This document shows positions 1-8,665 of a stretch of DNA of 37,456 nt, piece by piece (position 1 is the stretch's first letter; each line of letters starts with the position of its first letter). The notes beneath the pieces were generated by a model. It ran no database searches. It was not told where the DNA came from and worked only from the letters and a program-made list of their open reading frames with translations. The DNA comes from Myxococcota bacterium (GTDB taxonomy: Bacteria; Myxococcota; XYA12-FULL-58-9; JALHOP01): the NCBI GenBank assembly GCA_041288095.1, contig JBGGMJ010000209.1, positions 1 to 37,456 of the forward strand. The letters run 5' to 3'. A program made the position numbers and the translations under genes.

Positions 1-1
1 C

Positions 2-640
2 AACGGGCTCGGGACACACGCCGCGTCACCGCACTTCGCGGAGACCTTGAAAACGCTGCGGACGCCCCATCCGTACGACAGTCACCCGCTACTCGAGGAG
101 CGCCTCCGGAGCGTCAACGCGCGCGTGCGACTCGACCAAGCGGCCGAGCTCATGGGCGCCGCGCGGTCGGGCTCGTGGGCGGACGACATTGGTACCGCCG
201 ACGCCATCGAGCAACGCTTGTGGGCCGATTATGAGACACGCTTTCGCGCACACCACGACACGAGCTTGGCGTATCGCTATCGACCCGCGAACGCGGCCGA
301 GAAGGCGCTGGTCGAGCGATTTTTCCCCGACTGTTCGTTCAAGGAGAAAGACTACGAGCTGCGACTGACTCACGAGGGATTGGTGGTGCCGTCGTTCGAG
401 CCACCGCTCCTGCGGTTCGAGCAGATCGTCAAGGCCGAGGTGAATCAGACGAGCTTCCGGCACGAGCTGAAGCTCGAATGCGGCGTGCCGGGCGCGACCA
501 AGCGCACCAAGGTGAATCTGCGCAAGCTAGGCAAGCAGGCCGATGGCTTGAAGGCCGCCTTCAACCTGTACTGGGCCCGCGACCAAGCGGCCCGACAATA
601 CGAGCAACTTCGCCGGGACGCTGCCGATATCAACGGATGA
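2..640 (+). CDS. C-terminal part of an M48 (Ste24/HtpX-like) family zinc metallopeptidase; 5' end truncated by the window edge
   Basis: The frame is open from position 2 (NGLGTHAASPHFAETLKTLR...). It contains PHPYDSHPLLEERL, matching the C-terminal [ST]HP-x3-ER[IL] motif of M48 peptidases. The HExxH motif would lie upstream, outside the window. Confidence 0.65.
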   Translation, partial: NGLGTHAASPHFAETLKTLRTPHPYDSHPLLEERLRSVNARVRLDQAAELMGAARSGSWADDIGTADAIEQRLWADYETRFRAHHDTSLAYRYRPANAAEKALVERFFPDCSFKEKDYELRLTHEGLVVPSFEPPLLRFEQIVKAEVNQTSFRHELKLECGVPGATKRTKVNLRKLGKQADGLKAAFNLYWARDQAARQYEQLRRDAADING

Positions 641-666
641 GCCGATAATCCGGAGATTGTTGCAGC

Positions 667-1110
667 ATGTTGGAGATTCCGGTCAGCATTTATGCCGAGG
701 CCCCCGCGACCGCCGAGCAACGAACGGCGGCCATCGATGCGCATCGCAAGGCCGCCAAGCAGGCGCTCGCGACCGGCGTTGGCGAGCTTCCCACGACGAC
801 GGCCGAGTGGATCCGGCACATCGACACCTTCACCCTCGCTTGCAAGAGCAACAACGAAATCGCGATCGCTGATCGCAGCCTCGTGGGTCCGCTCGAGCAA
901 CAGCTCGGCGAGCACTGGGCCTTCGGCTTCGAGCTCATCCGCGCCGGCGTCGAAGCCGCGATGGAGCACCAACAAGCGAAAGTCCAGTCGAGCAACGGCG
1001 CCAAGAGCGAGCGCGTCGCGTATCAACACCTGCTGACGAGCTACCAAGTCGCGTTCACGACGTTCACCGCTTTCGGCAATCCGGTGGCGCGCTGGCCGAG
1101 CATCCACTGA
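667..1110 (+). CDS. hypothetical protein (147 aa)
   Basis: ATG with GGAG upstream, GC-rich third codon positions and protein-like composition. The stop overlaps the next start (TGATG at 1108-1112). No motif recognised. Confidence 0.6.
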   Translation: MLEIPVSIYAEAPATAEQRTAAIDAHRKAAKQALATGVGELPTTTAEWIRHIDTFTLACKSNNEIAIADRSLVGPLEQQLGEHWAFGFELIRAGVEAAMEHQQAKVQSSNGAKSERVAYQHLLTSYQVAFTTFTAFGNPVARWPSIH

Positions 1111-1517
1111 TGCGGGCGGCCGCGGCCAGATGGACGCCGGCTCAACGCCGTGTCATCGACGCGACCAAGGCCACGCTCGGCGTCGGCAAGCCCAACCCAA
1201 AGCTTCCGCGCACCATCGAGGGCTTCCTCGACCGCCTCCAACAAGCGGTTACCGATCCGCACGTGCGACTCGCCTTGGTCTCGTCCCTGGCCGGACCAGC
1301 GAAGGCCGGCGTCACCTCGATCTCCGGTCGACTCTCGGTCTTCGACGCCGGCATGTTCGCCGCGGTCGAACACATGGATCTCGCCATCGTGAATGCGCAG
1401 CATCAGGCTCGCAGCGATCCCGACGGCAGAGAGCTCGTCGAGCATCGCCAAAGCTTGAAACACGACCTCGACGAAGCCGCTAAAGCGGTGCGCGACAAGA
1501 TCGCCAAAGGCGAATAG
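1110..1517 (+). CDS. hypothetical protein (135 aa), helical C-terminus
   Basis: Coupled to 667..1110 via TGATG. The stop directly abuts the stop of the convergent kinase gene (1517/1518). Confidence 0.6.
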   Translation: MRAAAARWTPAQRRVIDATKATLGVGKPNPKLPRTIEGFLDRLQQAVTDPHVRLALVSSLAGPAKAGVTSISGRLSVFDAGMFAAVEHMDLAIVNAQHQARSDPDGRELVEHRQSLKHDLDEAAKAVRDKIAKGE

Positions 1518-3260
1518 TCAGGCGCTTGCGAGCTTGCCGGCGAGGCTTGCCACCACCGTGACCAGCTCGGCGGCCTCGACGGGCTTGGGCACGTGTGATT
1601 GGTAACCGGCGGTCAGAGCGCGCCGGCGGTCGTCGGATCGCGCAAAGGCGGTGAGCGCCATGGCCGGCGTTTGCGCACCCTTCTCGGCGGGCAAGGCGCG
1701 CATGTCACGGATGAAGTCGTAGCCGTCACGGCCGGGCATGCCGATGTCGCTGACGACCACGGTGAAGCGATGCTTCTGCAGGGCGCTCAAGGCCTCATCG
1801 GCGGACGAAGCGAGCGTGACCATGGCACCGGCGTTCTCGAGCACCAGCTTGACGACGGCGCCCGCGTCCGGTTCGTCGTCGACCACGAGCACCTCGGCCC
1901 CGGCAAGGATGTTCGGTTGGGTGGCGATTGGTAAATCGGCGCCATCGCCGACCGTATCGTCCGTCATTGCGGCAGCACCCGCGGCGTCGACCACCGCGAT
2001 GGGTAGCCGCACGGTAAACGTCGTCCCTTTGCCGAGACCGGGGCTGCTGACTTCGATGGTGCCACCGTGCAGCTCGACGAGCTCCTTGGCGATCGACAAG
2101 CCGAGGCCGAGGCCCCCGTAGCTGCGCGTCGATGACGAGTCTGCTTGGCGGAAGCGCTCGAAAACGTACGGCAGGAAGTCATGCGCGATACCCACGCCGG
2201 TGTCGGCAAAGCGGACCTCGAGGTGGCTGCCAACGCGGTCGACCACGACGCGTACCACTCCGTCGCGCGGCGTGAACTTGATCGCGTTGTTGAGCAGGTT
2301 CCAGAACACCTGCTGCAGGCGCGCCGGGTCGCCACGCGAGAGGGCCGACCCATTCGCCGTGTGCTCGATAGCGACTCCTCTCGCTGCCGCGGCCGGCCTC
2401 ACCGTATCGATGGCGGCCTGCAGCGAGCGCGAGAGATTGATCTGCCGTGGCTCGATCCGCAGCTTGCCGGCGACGATGCGATTCATGTCGAGGAGATCCT
2501 CGACCAGTTGCGCCTGTACCCTGGCGTTGCGTTCGACGACCGCGAGGGCGGACTCGACCGCGGGTGGTATGGCACCTTGCAGCTTGATGAGCTGGGTCCA
2601 GCCGAGAATGGCATTGAGAGGAGTGCGGAGCTCGTGGCTCAGAGTCGCCAGGAACTCGTCTTTCATCCGGCCGAGACGCTCGGCTTCTTCCCGACGTGAC
2701 CGTTCGTAGGCCAGGCGCTCTTGGGCGAGCGTGCGCTCGATGCGGGTGCGCTCGATCGACTCCCAGCAGCGGTTCGCCACCGCCAGCAGAAGCTCGACTT
2801 CGTCTTCCGTCCATGTCCGCGGTGTCGCCATGTGCACCGCCATAGCGGCCACGAAGCGTCCGGACTTGTGAAGCGGCACACAGATGACCGAGCGGATCTT
2901 GGTGAGCCGGTACGACGCGACGACATCGGCGCAGCGAGGGTCGCTCTCGCTGTCCGTGACGATGTACGGCTCGTCCGCGCGCATGAGCCGCAGGCACTCC
3001 GCGCCGAATTGCGCGAAGGTGTAGCGGCCGACGATCGAATCGACGCCGTCGTTGTAGTCGCCGCTGAGATTGAACGTGTCTTGGTCGGCCTCGACGTCGG
3101 CGTAGGCGCAGCGGTTCACGCCGAGGAACTGGCCGACGATGGTGGCCGCCGTATTGGTGATGACGCGCGCGTCATTGAGCGGTCGCAGCGCGTCATCGAT
3201 GGACAGGAGCACGCCGTAACGTTGCTCACGCCGAGTCAACCGCTCGAGTTGTTCATCCAT
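1518..3260 (-). CDS. hybrid sensor histidine kinase/response regulator (GAF-HisKA-HATPase_c-REC)
   Basis: N-terminal GAF (LGVNRCAY...IRSVICVPL...RTWTEDEVELL), H-box FLATLSHELRTPLNAI, N-box NLLNNAIKFT, G1 DTGVGI, F-box VFERFRQ, G2 GGLGLGL. Receiver motifs LVVDDE, SDIGMP, LTAF, PKP. No TM helices. Start is ATG 3260 or GTG 3272. Confidence 0.95.
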   Translation of the reverse strand: MDEQLERLTRREQRYGVLLSIDDALRPLNDARVITNTAATIVGQFLGVNRCAYADVEADQDTFNLSGDYNDGVDSIVGRYTFAQFGAECLRLMRADEPYIVTDSESDPRCADVVASYRLTKIRSVICVPLHKSGRFVAAMAVHMATPRTWTEDEVELLLAVANRCWESIERTRIERTLAQERLAYERSRREEAERLGRMKDEFLATLSHELRTPLNAILGWTQLIKLQGAIPPAVESALAVVERNARVQAQLVEDLLDMNRIVAGKLRIEPRQINLSRSLQAAIDTVRPAAAARGVAIEHTANGSALSRGDPARLQQVFWNLLNNAIKFTPRDGVVRVVVDRVGSHLEVRFADTGVGIAHDFLPYVFERFRQADSSSTRSYGGLGLGLSIAKELVELHGGTIEVSSPGLGKGTTFTVRLPIAVVDAAGAAAMTDDTVGDGADLPIATQPNILAGAEVLVVDDEPDAGAVVKLVLENAGAMVTLASSADEALSALQKHRFTVVVSDIGMPGRDGYDFIRDMRALPAEKGAQTPAMALTAFARSDDRRRALTAGYQSHVPKPVEAAELVTVVASLAGKLASA

Positions 3261-3281
3261 CGATGGCGACACTAGCGCTGT

Positions 3282-3908
3282 TCAATTCTCCGTGCGAGGC
3301 ATCAAGCTCAAGTCACGAGCGGCGCTCGCCGCGGGCAATCGCGTGCATGGCAACGTCGTCATGCCATCGGCCGGCATGACCGCGATGGCGTTCGCCGTAT
3401 CGCAGAGCGCCAGCTTGATCTGGAACGCCTGCTTGGCAACCGGCCGCTGCGGGTCGAGCGCGTCGACTTGCCGCGCCAGGTCGGCAACGAGCGCGCGCTG
3501 CACGCTGTAGCGCGGGTCAACCGCGGCCTTGTTGAGCGCGGCGACCGCTGCCTTGAGCGCCTCACGCACGCTCTCCGTGCGCTGCATCGTGTTTGGTCCC
3601 ATGGTGCGCAACACTTCCGCGACGCGATGCACCTCGGTCGCCTCGGCGCTGATGTCGGCGTACGGCACGCCATGCAGCGCGGAGGCAACGGCATCGAGCG
3701 TTACCGCGAGCGTCGCGTGATCGAGATGTGTGCTCTCGTCCGTGAACGCACGCATCGTGTAGCGCAGCTGCTCGAGGTTCGGATTCACCGCGGCCTGCGG
3801 CTGCTCGTAGATGCCGAACTGGTCGTCTACGACTTCGGTATCGTTCTTCTTCGTGCATGCGGCGGTGAGACAAACCGCGATGACGGTCAGAATGGCTCGT
3901 GATCCCAT
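3282..3908 (-). CDS. hypothetical lipoprotein (208 aa), mostly helical
   Basis: ATG at 3908 preceded by AGGGGAGGGG (SD-like). Signal peptide MGSRAILTVIAVCLTAA-C with lipobox. Directly upstream of the kinase on the same strand. Confidence 0.75.
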   Translation of the reverse strand: MGSRAILTVIAVCLTAACTKKNDTEVVDDQFGIYEQPQAAVNPNLEQLRYTMRAFTDESTHLDHATLAVTLDAVASALHGVPYADISAEATEVHRVAEVLRTMGPNTMQRTESVREALKAAVAALNKAAVDPRYSVQRALVADLARQVDALDPQRPVAKQAFQIKLALCDTANAIAVMPADGMTTLPCTRLPAASAARDLSLMPRTEN

Positions 3909-3948
3909 GGCCCCTCCCCTGCTTGCCGGAGGCAAACGCCTACACATG

Positions 3949-3964
3949 TGCAAGATCGGCACCA
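3949..3964 (-). promoter_or_regulatory. putative sigma54 (-24/-12) promoter for the lipoprotein-kinase unit
   Basis: The minus strand reads TGGTGCCGATCTTGCA versus consensus TGGCACGNNNNTTGCW, with exact GG-N10-GC spacing, 40 nt upstream of the 3908 start. Confidence 0.55.
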
Positions 3965-4089
3965 GCGCGCGATGCGGCGCAACGTGACAATAGAGCGCTT
4001 CCGCGGTGGGCCGACTCCGGTGGGAGGGCGATTCGCCACATATGTGGGGCGGGAACGCGGGTCCGATTTCTAGCGTCCGCCCGAGCGCA

Positions 4090-4098
4090 TGTTACGCT
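4090..4098 (+). promoter_or_regulatory. putative extended -10 element (leaderless transcript)
   Basis: TGTTACGCT fits TGnTAnnnT and ends 7 nt before ATG 4106. No SD is visible. Confidence 0.4.
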
Positions 4099-4105
4099 TG
4101 CCGCC

Positions 4106-5767
4106 ATGCTCAGAGCGCTTTGGGCGTCCGCTTTCGCCGTGGCCATTCTCCACGTGACCCCGGTGTTCGCGCAGTGCGGCGTCAGCACGGTGTGCGAGAC
4201 CTGCACCGGCGGCGACGAGGCCACGTGCACGGATTGCTTCGACGGCTACTACGTCGACGGCGGCGGGCCCGATATCTGCCAGCCGTGCTCGCCCATTCCG
4301 CATTGCACGTCAGTGGTGACTTGCAGCAGCGCTTTCGACTCGATGTGCTCCGCCTGCGAGCTCGGCTATTACGTCGACGTCGGGGTTTGTTCACTCTGCC
4401 CGTCGATTGCGAACTGCGCCGACGCGGTGATCGACTGCAACAACAACCCCACCGCATCGGAATGCAACCAGTGCCAGACGGGGTATTACCGGCAGGCGGG
4501 GCCCCCCGATCAGTGCAGCACCTGCACGCCGGTGGATCACTGCGTGTCCACGCTCACCTGCACGACCGCGACTGATTCCGTTTGCTCGCAGTGCGAGGAT
4601 GGCTACTACCCCGCGAGCGATGGCAGCTGCACGCCCTGCACGGCCATCAATCATTGCACGAGCGCCCTCACTTGTGGCGCCGCAACGACCTCGCAGTGCA
4701 CCAGCTGCGAGGTTGGTTACTATCTCAATCAATCCGGCATAGCGGACACGTGCACCCTGTGTTCCGCCGTCGCCAACTGCGACGCCAACACCGTGGTCTG
4801 CACCAGCTCGAGCGACTCGACGTGTGGCAGCTGCCAGGCTGGATATTGGCTCGACGGCGGGCAGTGCAGCGCGTGCACCGCGATCACCGGCTGCGACGTC
4901 GTGACCTGCACCAGCGACACCGATCAAACCTGTAGCGATTGCGCCGACGGGTATTTCCTCGCCGGCGGACAGTGCACGGCGTGCCTGCAATGCCCCGCCG
5001 GCACCTCGGTCGCGACCGCATGCACCGCGACGGCGGACACGACCTGCGCCAACTGCAACCCGGGCACGTTCTCGAGCACCATCAACGCCGTGAGTTGCAC
5101 CCAGTGCGCCGCGGGCACCTTCGCTGCCAACGCGAGCTCGACGGTGTGCGCGCCTTGCGCCCCCGGCACCAGCTCGCCCGCCGGTGCCATCGGCTGCTCG
5201 GACTGCACCGCCGGCAGCGCCTCGAACGGCGGCAGCGACTGCTCGCCATGCGCCGCCGGCACCTACGCGCCGGATGGATCGGCCTCCTGCATCCAGTGCC
5301 CAACCGGCACGGCGGCGGGCCCGGGCGCCGGAACCTGCACCGCCTGCTTGGCCGGCACGTTCGCCGACGCGCCGCGATCGGCCACCTGCGAGGAATGCCC
5401 CGCGGGCTACTTCGCCAAGGATGACGGCAGCACGGGCTGCAGCCCCTGCGTCGAGGGTACGTTCGCCGATGCGCCGGCCTCCGCGTCTTGCACGGCCTGC
5501 GACGCGGGCACCTACGCCCTGACGGCGGCAACCGCATGCTCGCCGTGCGGTGACTGCGATGACACCGACGAATGCACGATCGACGCTTGCGACGTCACGC
5601 TCGGTTGCACGCACACGACCACGTGCACGCCCGATCCCGATGCGCAGGACCCGGGAGAGTCGGGCGACGTCATCGTCGGCGGCGGCTGCAACGGCGGCGG
5701 TGCCAGCGCCATGTCACTGCTCGCCATGGTGAGCTTGCTGGCGCTGCGTCGCCGGCGCGTCTCCTAA
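4106..5767 (+). CDS. secreted Cys-rich repeat surface protein with MYXO-CTERM-like sorting signal (553 aa)
   Basis: Signal peptide MLRALWASAFAVAILHVTPVFA. It is followed by 7 furin/VSP-like CxxCxxGY[YWF] repeats, a TNFR-like unit (CTACLQCPAGTSVATACTATADTTC), about 10 short CxxCxxG[TSY] repeats and one CDDTDECTIDACDVTLGCTHT unit. C-terminus is GGGC...hydrophobic helix...RRRR. Confidence 0.85.
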   Translation: MLRALWASAFAVAILHVTPVFAQCGVSTVCETCTGGDEATCTDCFDGYYVDGGGPDICQPCSPIPHCTSVVTCSSAFDSMCSACELGYYVDVGVCSLCPSIANCADAVIDCNNNPTASECNQCQTGYYRQAGPPDQCSTCTPVDHCVSTLTCTTATDSVCSQCEDGYYPASDGSCTPCTAINHCTSALTCGAATTSQCTSCEVGYYLNQSGIADTCTLCSAVANCDANTVVCTSSSDSTCGSCQAGYWLDGGQCSACTAITGCDVVTCTSDTDQTCSDCADGYFLAGGQCTACLQCPAGTSVATACTATADTTCANCNPGTFSSTINAVSCTQCAAGTFAANASSTVCAPCAPGTSSPAGAIGCSDCTAGSASNGGSDCSPCAAGTYAPDGSASCIQCPTGTAAGPGAGTCTACLAGTFADAPRSATCEECPAGYFAKDDGSTGCSPCVEGTFADAPASASCTACDAGTYALTAATACSPCGDCDDTDECTIDACDVTLGCTHTTTCTPDPDAQDPGESGDVIVGGGCNGGGASAMSLLAMVSLLALRRRRVS

Positions 5768-6162
5768 TCGCAGAGACTCGAGCTCGAGCTGTCCAGCGGC
5801 AGGTTGGCCTCGATGGTGCGGGCTACGTCCATCGTGATCTGAATCGTGCAGGCGCTGGCATTGGCGCCACCGAGGTCGCCTTCCCAGCCGAGGAACGGCC
5901 AGGCGGGGGCGTCGACCGCGGTGAGCGTCACGACGGTACCGCTGTCGTACGAGATCGTCTGGCTGTTCTGATGATAGGTCGTGCCCGGCGGCGTCGCCGT
6001 CACCCCCCAGCTACCGGGTGTGTCGTCCTGATCGAGGACGAGCGTGAGCACACGCTGCCCCGCGGTGTCGTCGCCGTCGTCATCCGCGCCACCGTCGTCG
6101 CCGCAGGCAGGAGCGAGGCCGGCGATCGCAATCGAAACAAGAGCCAGGTACAGGTTGCGCAT
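5764..6162 (-). CDS. lipoprotein with a divergent InlB B-repeat (Flg_new_2-like) domain (132 aa)
   Basis: Lipoprotein signal MRNLYLALVSIAIAGLAPA-C, an acidic linker, then the GTVVTLTA...FLGWEGDL...ITMD..RTIEAN pattern typical of bacterial InlB-B-like repeats. Confidence 0.7.
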   Translation of the reverse strand: MRNLYLALVSIAIAGLAPACGDDGGADDDGDDTAGQRVLTLVLDQDDTPGSWGVTATPPGTTYHQNSQTISYDSGTVVTLTAVDAPAWPFLGWEGDLGGANASACTIQITMDVARTIEANLPLDSSSSSLCD

Positions 6163-6177
6163 GGGAGTGGTTACGCC

Positions 6178-7335
6178 ATGAACCCGGTCTTCGCCAACAC
6201 CCCGACGACTATCTTCGAAGAGATGTCCACGCTGGCGCGCGCTCACGACGCCGTCAATCTCGGCCAAGGCTTCCCCGACGGTGACGAGCCGCGACTCATA
6301 CTCGATGCCGCGGCGGATGCCCTGACGCGGCATCCCAATCAGTATCCGCCCATGCGCGGGCTCCTCGAGCTGCGACACGCGGTCGCCGAGCACGACAAAC
6401 GGTTCCATGGGCTCGACATCGATCCCGAGCGCGAGGTGCTCGTCACCAGCGGCGCCACTGAAGCCCTTGCCGCCTGTTTTCTCGGGCTGCTTGAAGCGGG
6501 CGACGAGGTCATCGTCTTCGACCCCGCCTACGACAGCTACGTGCCGATGATACGGCGCGCCGGCGGAGTGGCGCGGGTCGTTGCCATGCGTCCGCCATCG
6601 TGGACGTTCGACGTCGACGAGCTACGCCGCGCTTTCACCGAGAAGACCAAGCTCGTCGTCGTCAACACACCGATGAATCCGACTGGACGTGTGCTGACGC
6701 GCGACGAGCTGACCGCAATCGCGAACCTTGCCCTCGAACACCGGGCCTATGTCGTGAGTGACGAGGTCTACGAGCACATCGTCTTCGCGCCGCATCGACA
6801 CGTCAGCATGCTGGGCATGCCGGGCATGCGCGACCGGGCCATCAAGATTGGCTCGGCCGGCAAGACCTTCTCGGTTACCGGCTTCAAGGTCGGCTACATC
6901 ACCGCGGCGCCCGAGCTCACCCGGGTCATCGCCGCGGCGCACCAATACCTCACGTTCACGACGCCACCGAATCTGCAGCGCGCCGTCGCCGTGGGCCTCG
7001 CGCAACCCGACGCGGCCTATGCCCAGCTCGCGGCGGAGCTCGCGGTCAAGCGGGACCTTTTCGCGAAGGGCCTCGCCCAGCTCGGCATGCCCACGACTCC
7101 CTGCGAAGGAACGTACTTCCTCCTCGCCCAAGTCGGCGCCGACGACGACCGTGCTTATTGCCTCGAGCTCACGCGCCGAGCCCGGGTCACCGCCATCCCA
7201 GTCAGTGCCCTATGCAGCGAGCACAAGGTGAGCGGATTCGTTCGCTTCTGTTTCGCCAAGCGTCACAGCCTGTTGGACGAGGCGCTGGCCCGGCTGGCCA
7301 CCGCCGCGATGTCACCGCAACCCACGCCTGGTTAG
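6178..7335 (+). CDS. PLP-dependent aminotransferase class I/II (YbdL/DapC-like)
   Basis: Motifs AVNLGQGFPD, VTSGATEAL, NTPMNPTG, SDEVYEH, PLP-lysine motif GSAGKTFSVTGFKVG and VRFCFAK. ATG at 6178. Confidence 0.93.
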   Translation: MNPVFANTPTTIFEEMSTLARAHDAVNLGQGFPDGDEPRLILDAAADALTRHPNQYPPMRGLLELRHAVAEHDKRFHGLDIDPEREVLVTSGATEALAACFLGLLEAGDEVIVFDPAYDSYVPMIRRAGGVARVVAMRPPSWTFDVDELRRAFTEKTKLVVVNTPMNPTGRVLTRDELTAIANLALEHRAYVVSDEVYEHIVFAPHRHVSMLGMPGMRDRAIKIGSAGKTFSVTGFKVGYITAAPELTRVIAAAHQYLTFTTPPNLQRAVAVGLAQPDAAYAQLAAELAVKRDLFAKGLAQLGMPTTPCEGTYFLLAQVGADDDRAYCLELTRRARVTAIPVSALCSEHKVSGFVRFCFAKRHSLLDEALARLATAAMSPQPTPG

Positions 7336-7372
7336 AGCCGATAAGCTGCGCGTAACTGGGAGACGTGCGTCC

Positions 7373-8242
7373 ATGGTTCATGAAGCCGGCCAAGTCGAGC
7401 GCGCCAACATTCGCATAGCCCCGTTGCAGGTCGGTTCACAGGTTCCCGCGGTGATTCCCCCGGCCCGGTCGGCCATCGAGATCGCCAAAGCCGCGGTCCA
7501 GCGTGCGACCGATGCCTTCGAGGTGGTCGCGGCCGGCAAGCCCCTTCACGCCGAGCATCCCGTCGCCAGCTGGGCGTCGCGTCACTCGGTGGCCATCGAC
7601 GTCCTGGGTTTTGCTGGAATCGGCCTCGCCCTGCTGAGCGCCGGCGCCGCTCTTTGGCACTTCGAAGGCCAGTACCTCTGGGGCCTCGCCCCGGCGCTGG
7701 TGAGCCTGGGCGCCTGTATGGGCCTCGAGGGCGAGCGCGAGGCCCTCAAGAAGAAGATCGCCGCGCGCGTTCTCAACAGCGACGACGTCGAGCCCATCGT
7801 CACGGCCTTGAAAGACTCGAGCGACGAAGAGCGCGCGCTCGTCCGGCTTTTCGTCGAGCAGCAGACCAGCGAGCTCGAAAACGCGAAGCGGCTGACCCCC
7901 GCGGCTGCTCTGGCGCTCCGTCAATCGATCAAGGGCTCGGTCCGCAGTCACGACGAGCTCGAGCGCGTGGGTCGCGTCGCCACCTTCGTCGCCAAGCACA
8001 AGACCGTGGGTGTGACCGACGACGACCTCTACGCCCTCAACGCCGTGCTGCACGCGGCGAACCCCGACGAGCGCGTCGCCGCGGCGGACTACATCGATAC
8101 GACGCTTTTCCCGAAGGAACAGCCGCTCCCGCACCTGGGTGTCGAGCAGGCGCGCAAGCTCTACACCGCGATAGCGTATTTCCGTGGCGAAGATGTGCCC
8201 GCTCCGCCGGTCGCCGCGGCGCCGCCCGCGCCCGCCGCCTAG
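7373..8242 (+). CDS. hypothetical membrane protein (289 aa, about 2 TM segments)
   Basis: Coding-like codon bias. Hydrophobic segments VLGFAGIGLALLSAGAALWHF and YLWGLAPALVSLGACMGL, followed by a helical region and a Pro/Ala tail. Confidence 0.75.
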   Translation: MVHEAGQVERANIRIAPLQVGSQVPAVIPPARSAIEIAKAAVQRATDAFEVVAAGKPLHAEHPVASWASRHSVAIDVLGFAGIGLALLSAGAALWHFEGQYLWGLAPALVSLGACMGLEGEREALKKKIAARVLNSDDVEPIVTALKDSSDEERALVRLFVEQQTSELENAKRLTPAAALALRQSIKGSVRSHDELERVGRVATFVAKHKTVGVTDDDLYALNAVLHAANPDERVAAADYIDTTLFPKEQPLPHLGVEQARKLYTAIAYFRGEDVPAPPVAAAPPAPAA

Positions 8243-8275
8243 CGCTCCCACAACGAAACGTCGGTTTTCGCGATC

Positions 8276-8324
8276 GTGTTCCGAACCGGAACACTCAACG
8301 TTACCGGCCAACTGCGAGTAACGT
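8276..8324. promoter_or_regulatory. two inverted repeats (candidate regulator-binding sites) upstream of a sigma54 promoter
   Basis: GTGTTCCG-aac-CGGAACAC (8276-8294) and ACGTTAC-N13-GTAACGT (8298-8324), both with perfectly complementary arms. Confidence 0.45.
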
Positions 8325-8343
8325 GCTTTCGCGGGGATGCGCG

Positions 8344-8359
8344 CGGCACGAATAATGCT
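8344..8359 (+). promoter_or_regulatory. putative sigma54 (-24/-12) promoter
   Basis: CGGCACGAATAATGCT versus consensus TGGCACGNNNNTTGCW. GG at 8345-8346 and GC at 8357-8358 give exact spacing. Confidence 0.6.
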
Positions 8360-8407
8360 CAATTTATGCGCCGCAGGTGACGTCTTACCTGCTGAGCGAG
8401 AATCCCC

Positions 8408-8632
8408 ATGCTTATCAAGAACGAAACGACAGCCGAGCCGGGGCGATCCATCGCCGACGTCAAAGCGCATGTCGTTCGCTATAACGATGTCGAGCTGATC
8501 CTTTGGATCGACCGCGTCGGCGCGCAAGTGCAGGGAATCTTGGTGAGCCAAGATTCCATCGATGAGACCCTCCGCGCTTTGACACGGTGGAGCATGTACA
8601 TGGAGCCCCAGTGGCGGTCGAAGGCTGACTGA
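8408..8632 (+). CDS. small hypothetical protein (74 aa)
   Basis: ATG ORF with non-shadow composition, lying just downstream of the sigma54-like promoter. No motif recognised. Confidence 0.55.
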   Translation: MLIKNETTAEPGRSIADVKAHVVRYNDVELILWIDRVGAQVQGILVSQDSIDETLRALTRWSMYMEPQWRSKAD

Positions 8633-8665
8633 CCACCCGGTTCGGTGATAGCAGCTTGCCTGAAA

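Noticed and set aside
4200..5630. Periodic TGC-rich DNA as a possible CRISPR array or tandem repeat
   Set aside because: The periodicity comes from Cys codons in degenerate protein repeats. There are no identical direct repeats with unique spacers and no cas genes.
5572..6177. Apparent 200-aa N-terminal extension on the aminotransferase (587-aa ORF)
   Set aside because: The extension overlaps the Cys-rich gene and the antisense lipoprotein gene. Family-like sequence starts at ATG 6178, so it is not a real fusion.
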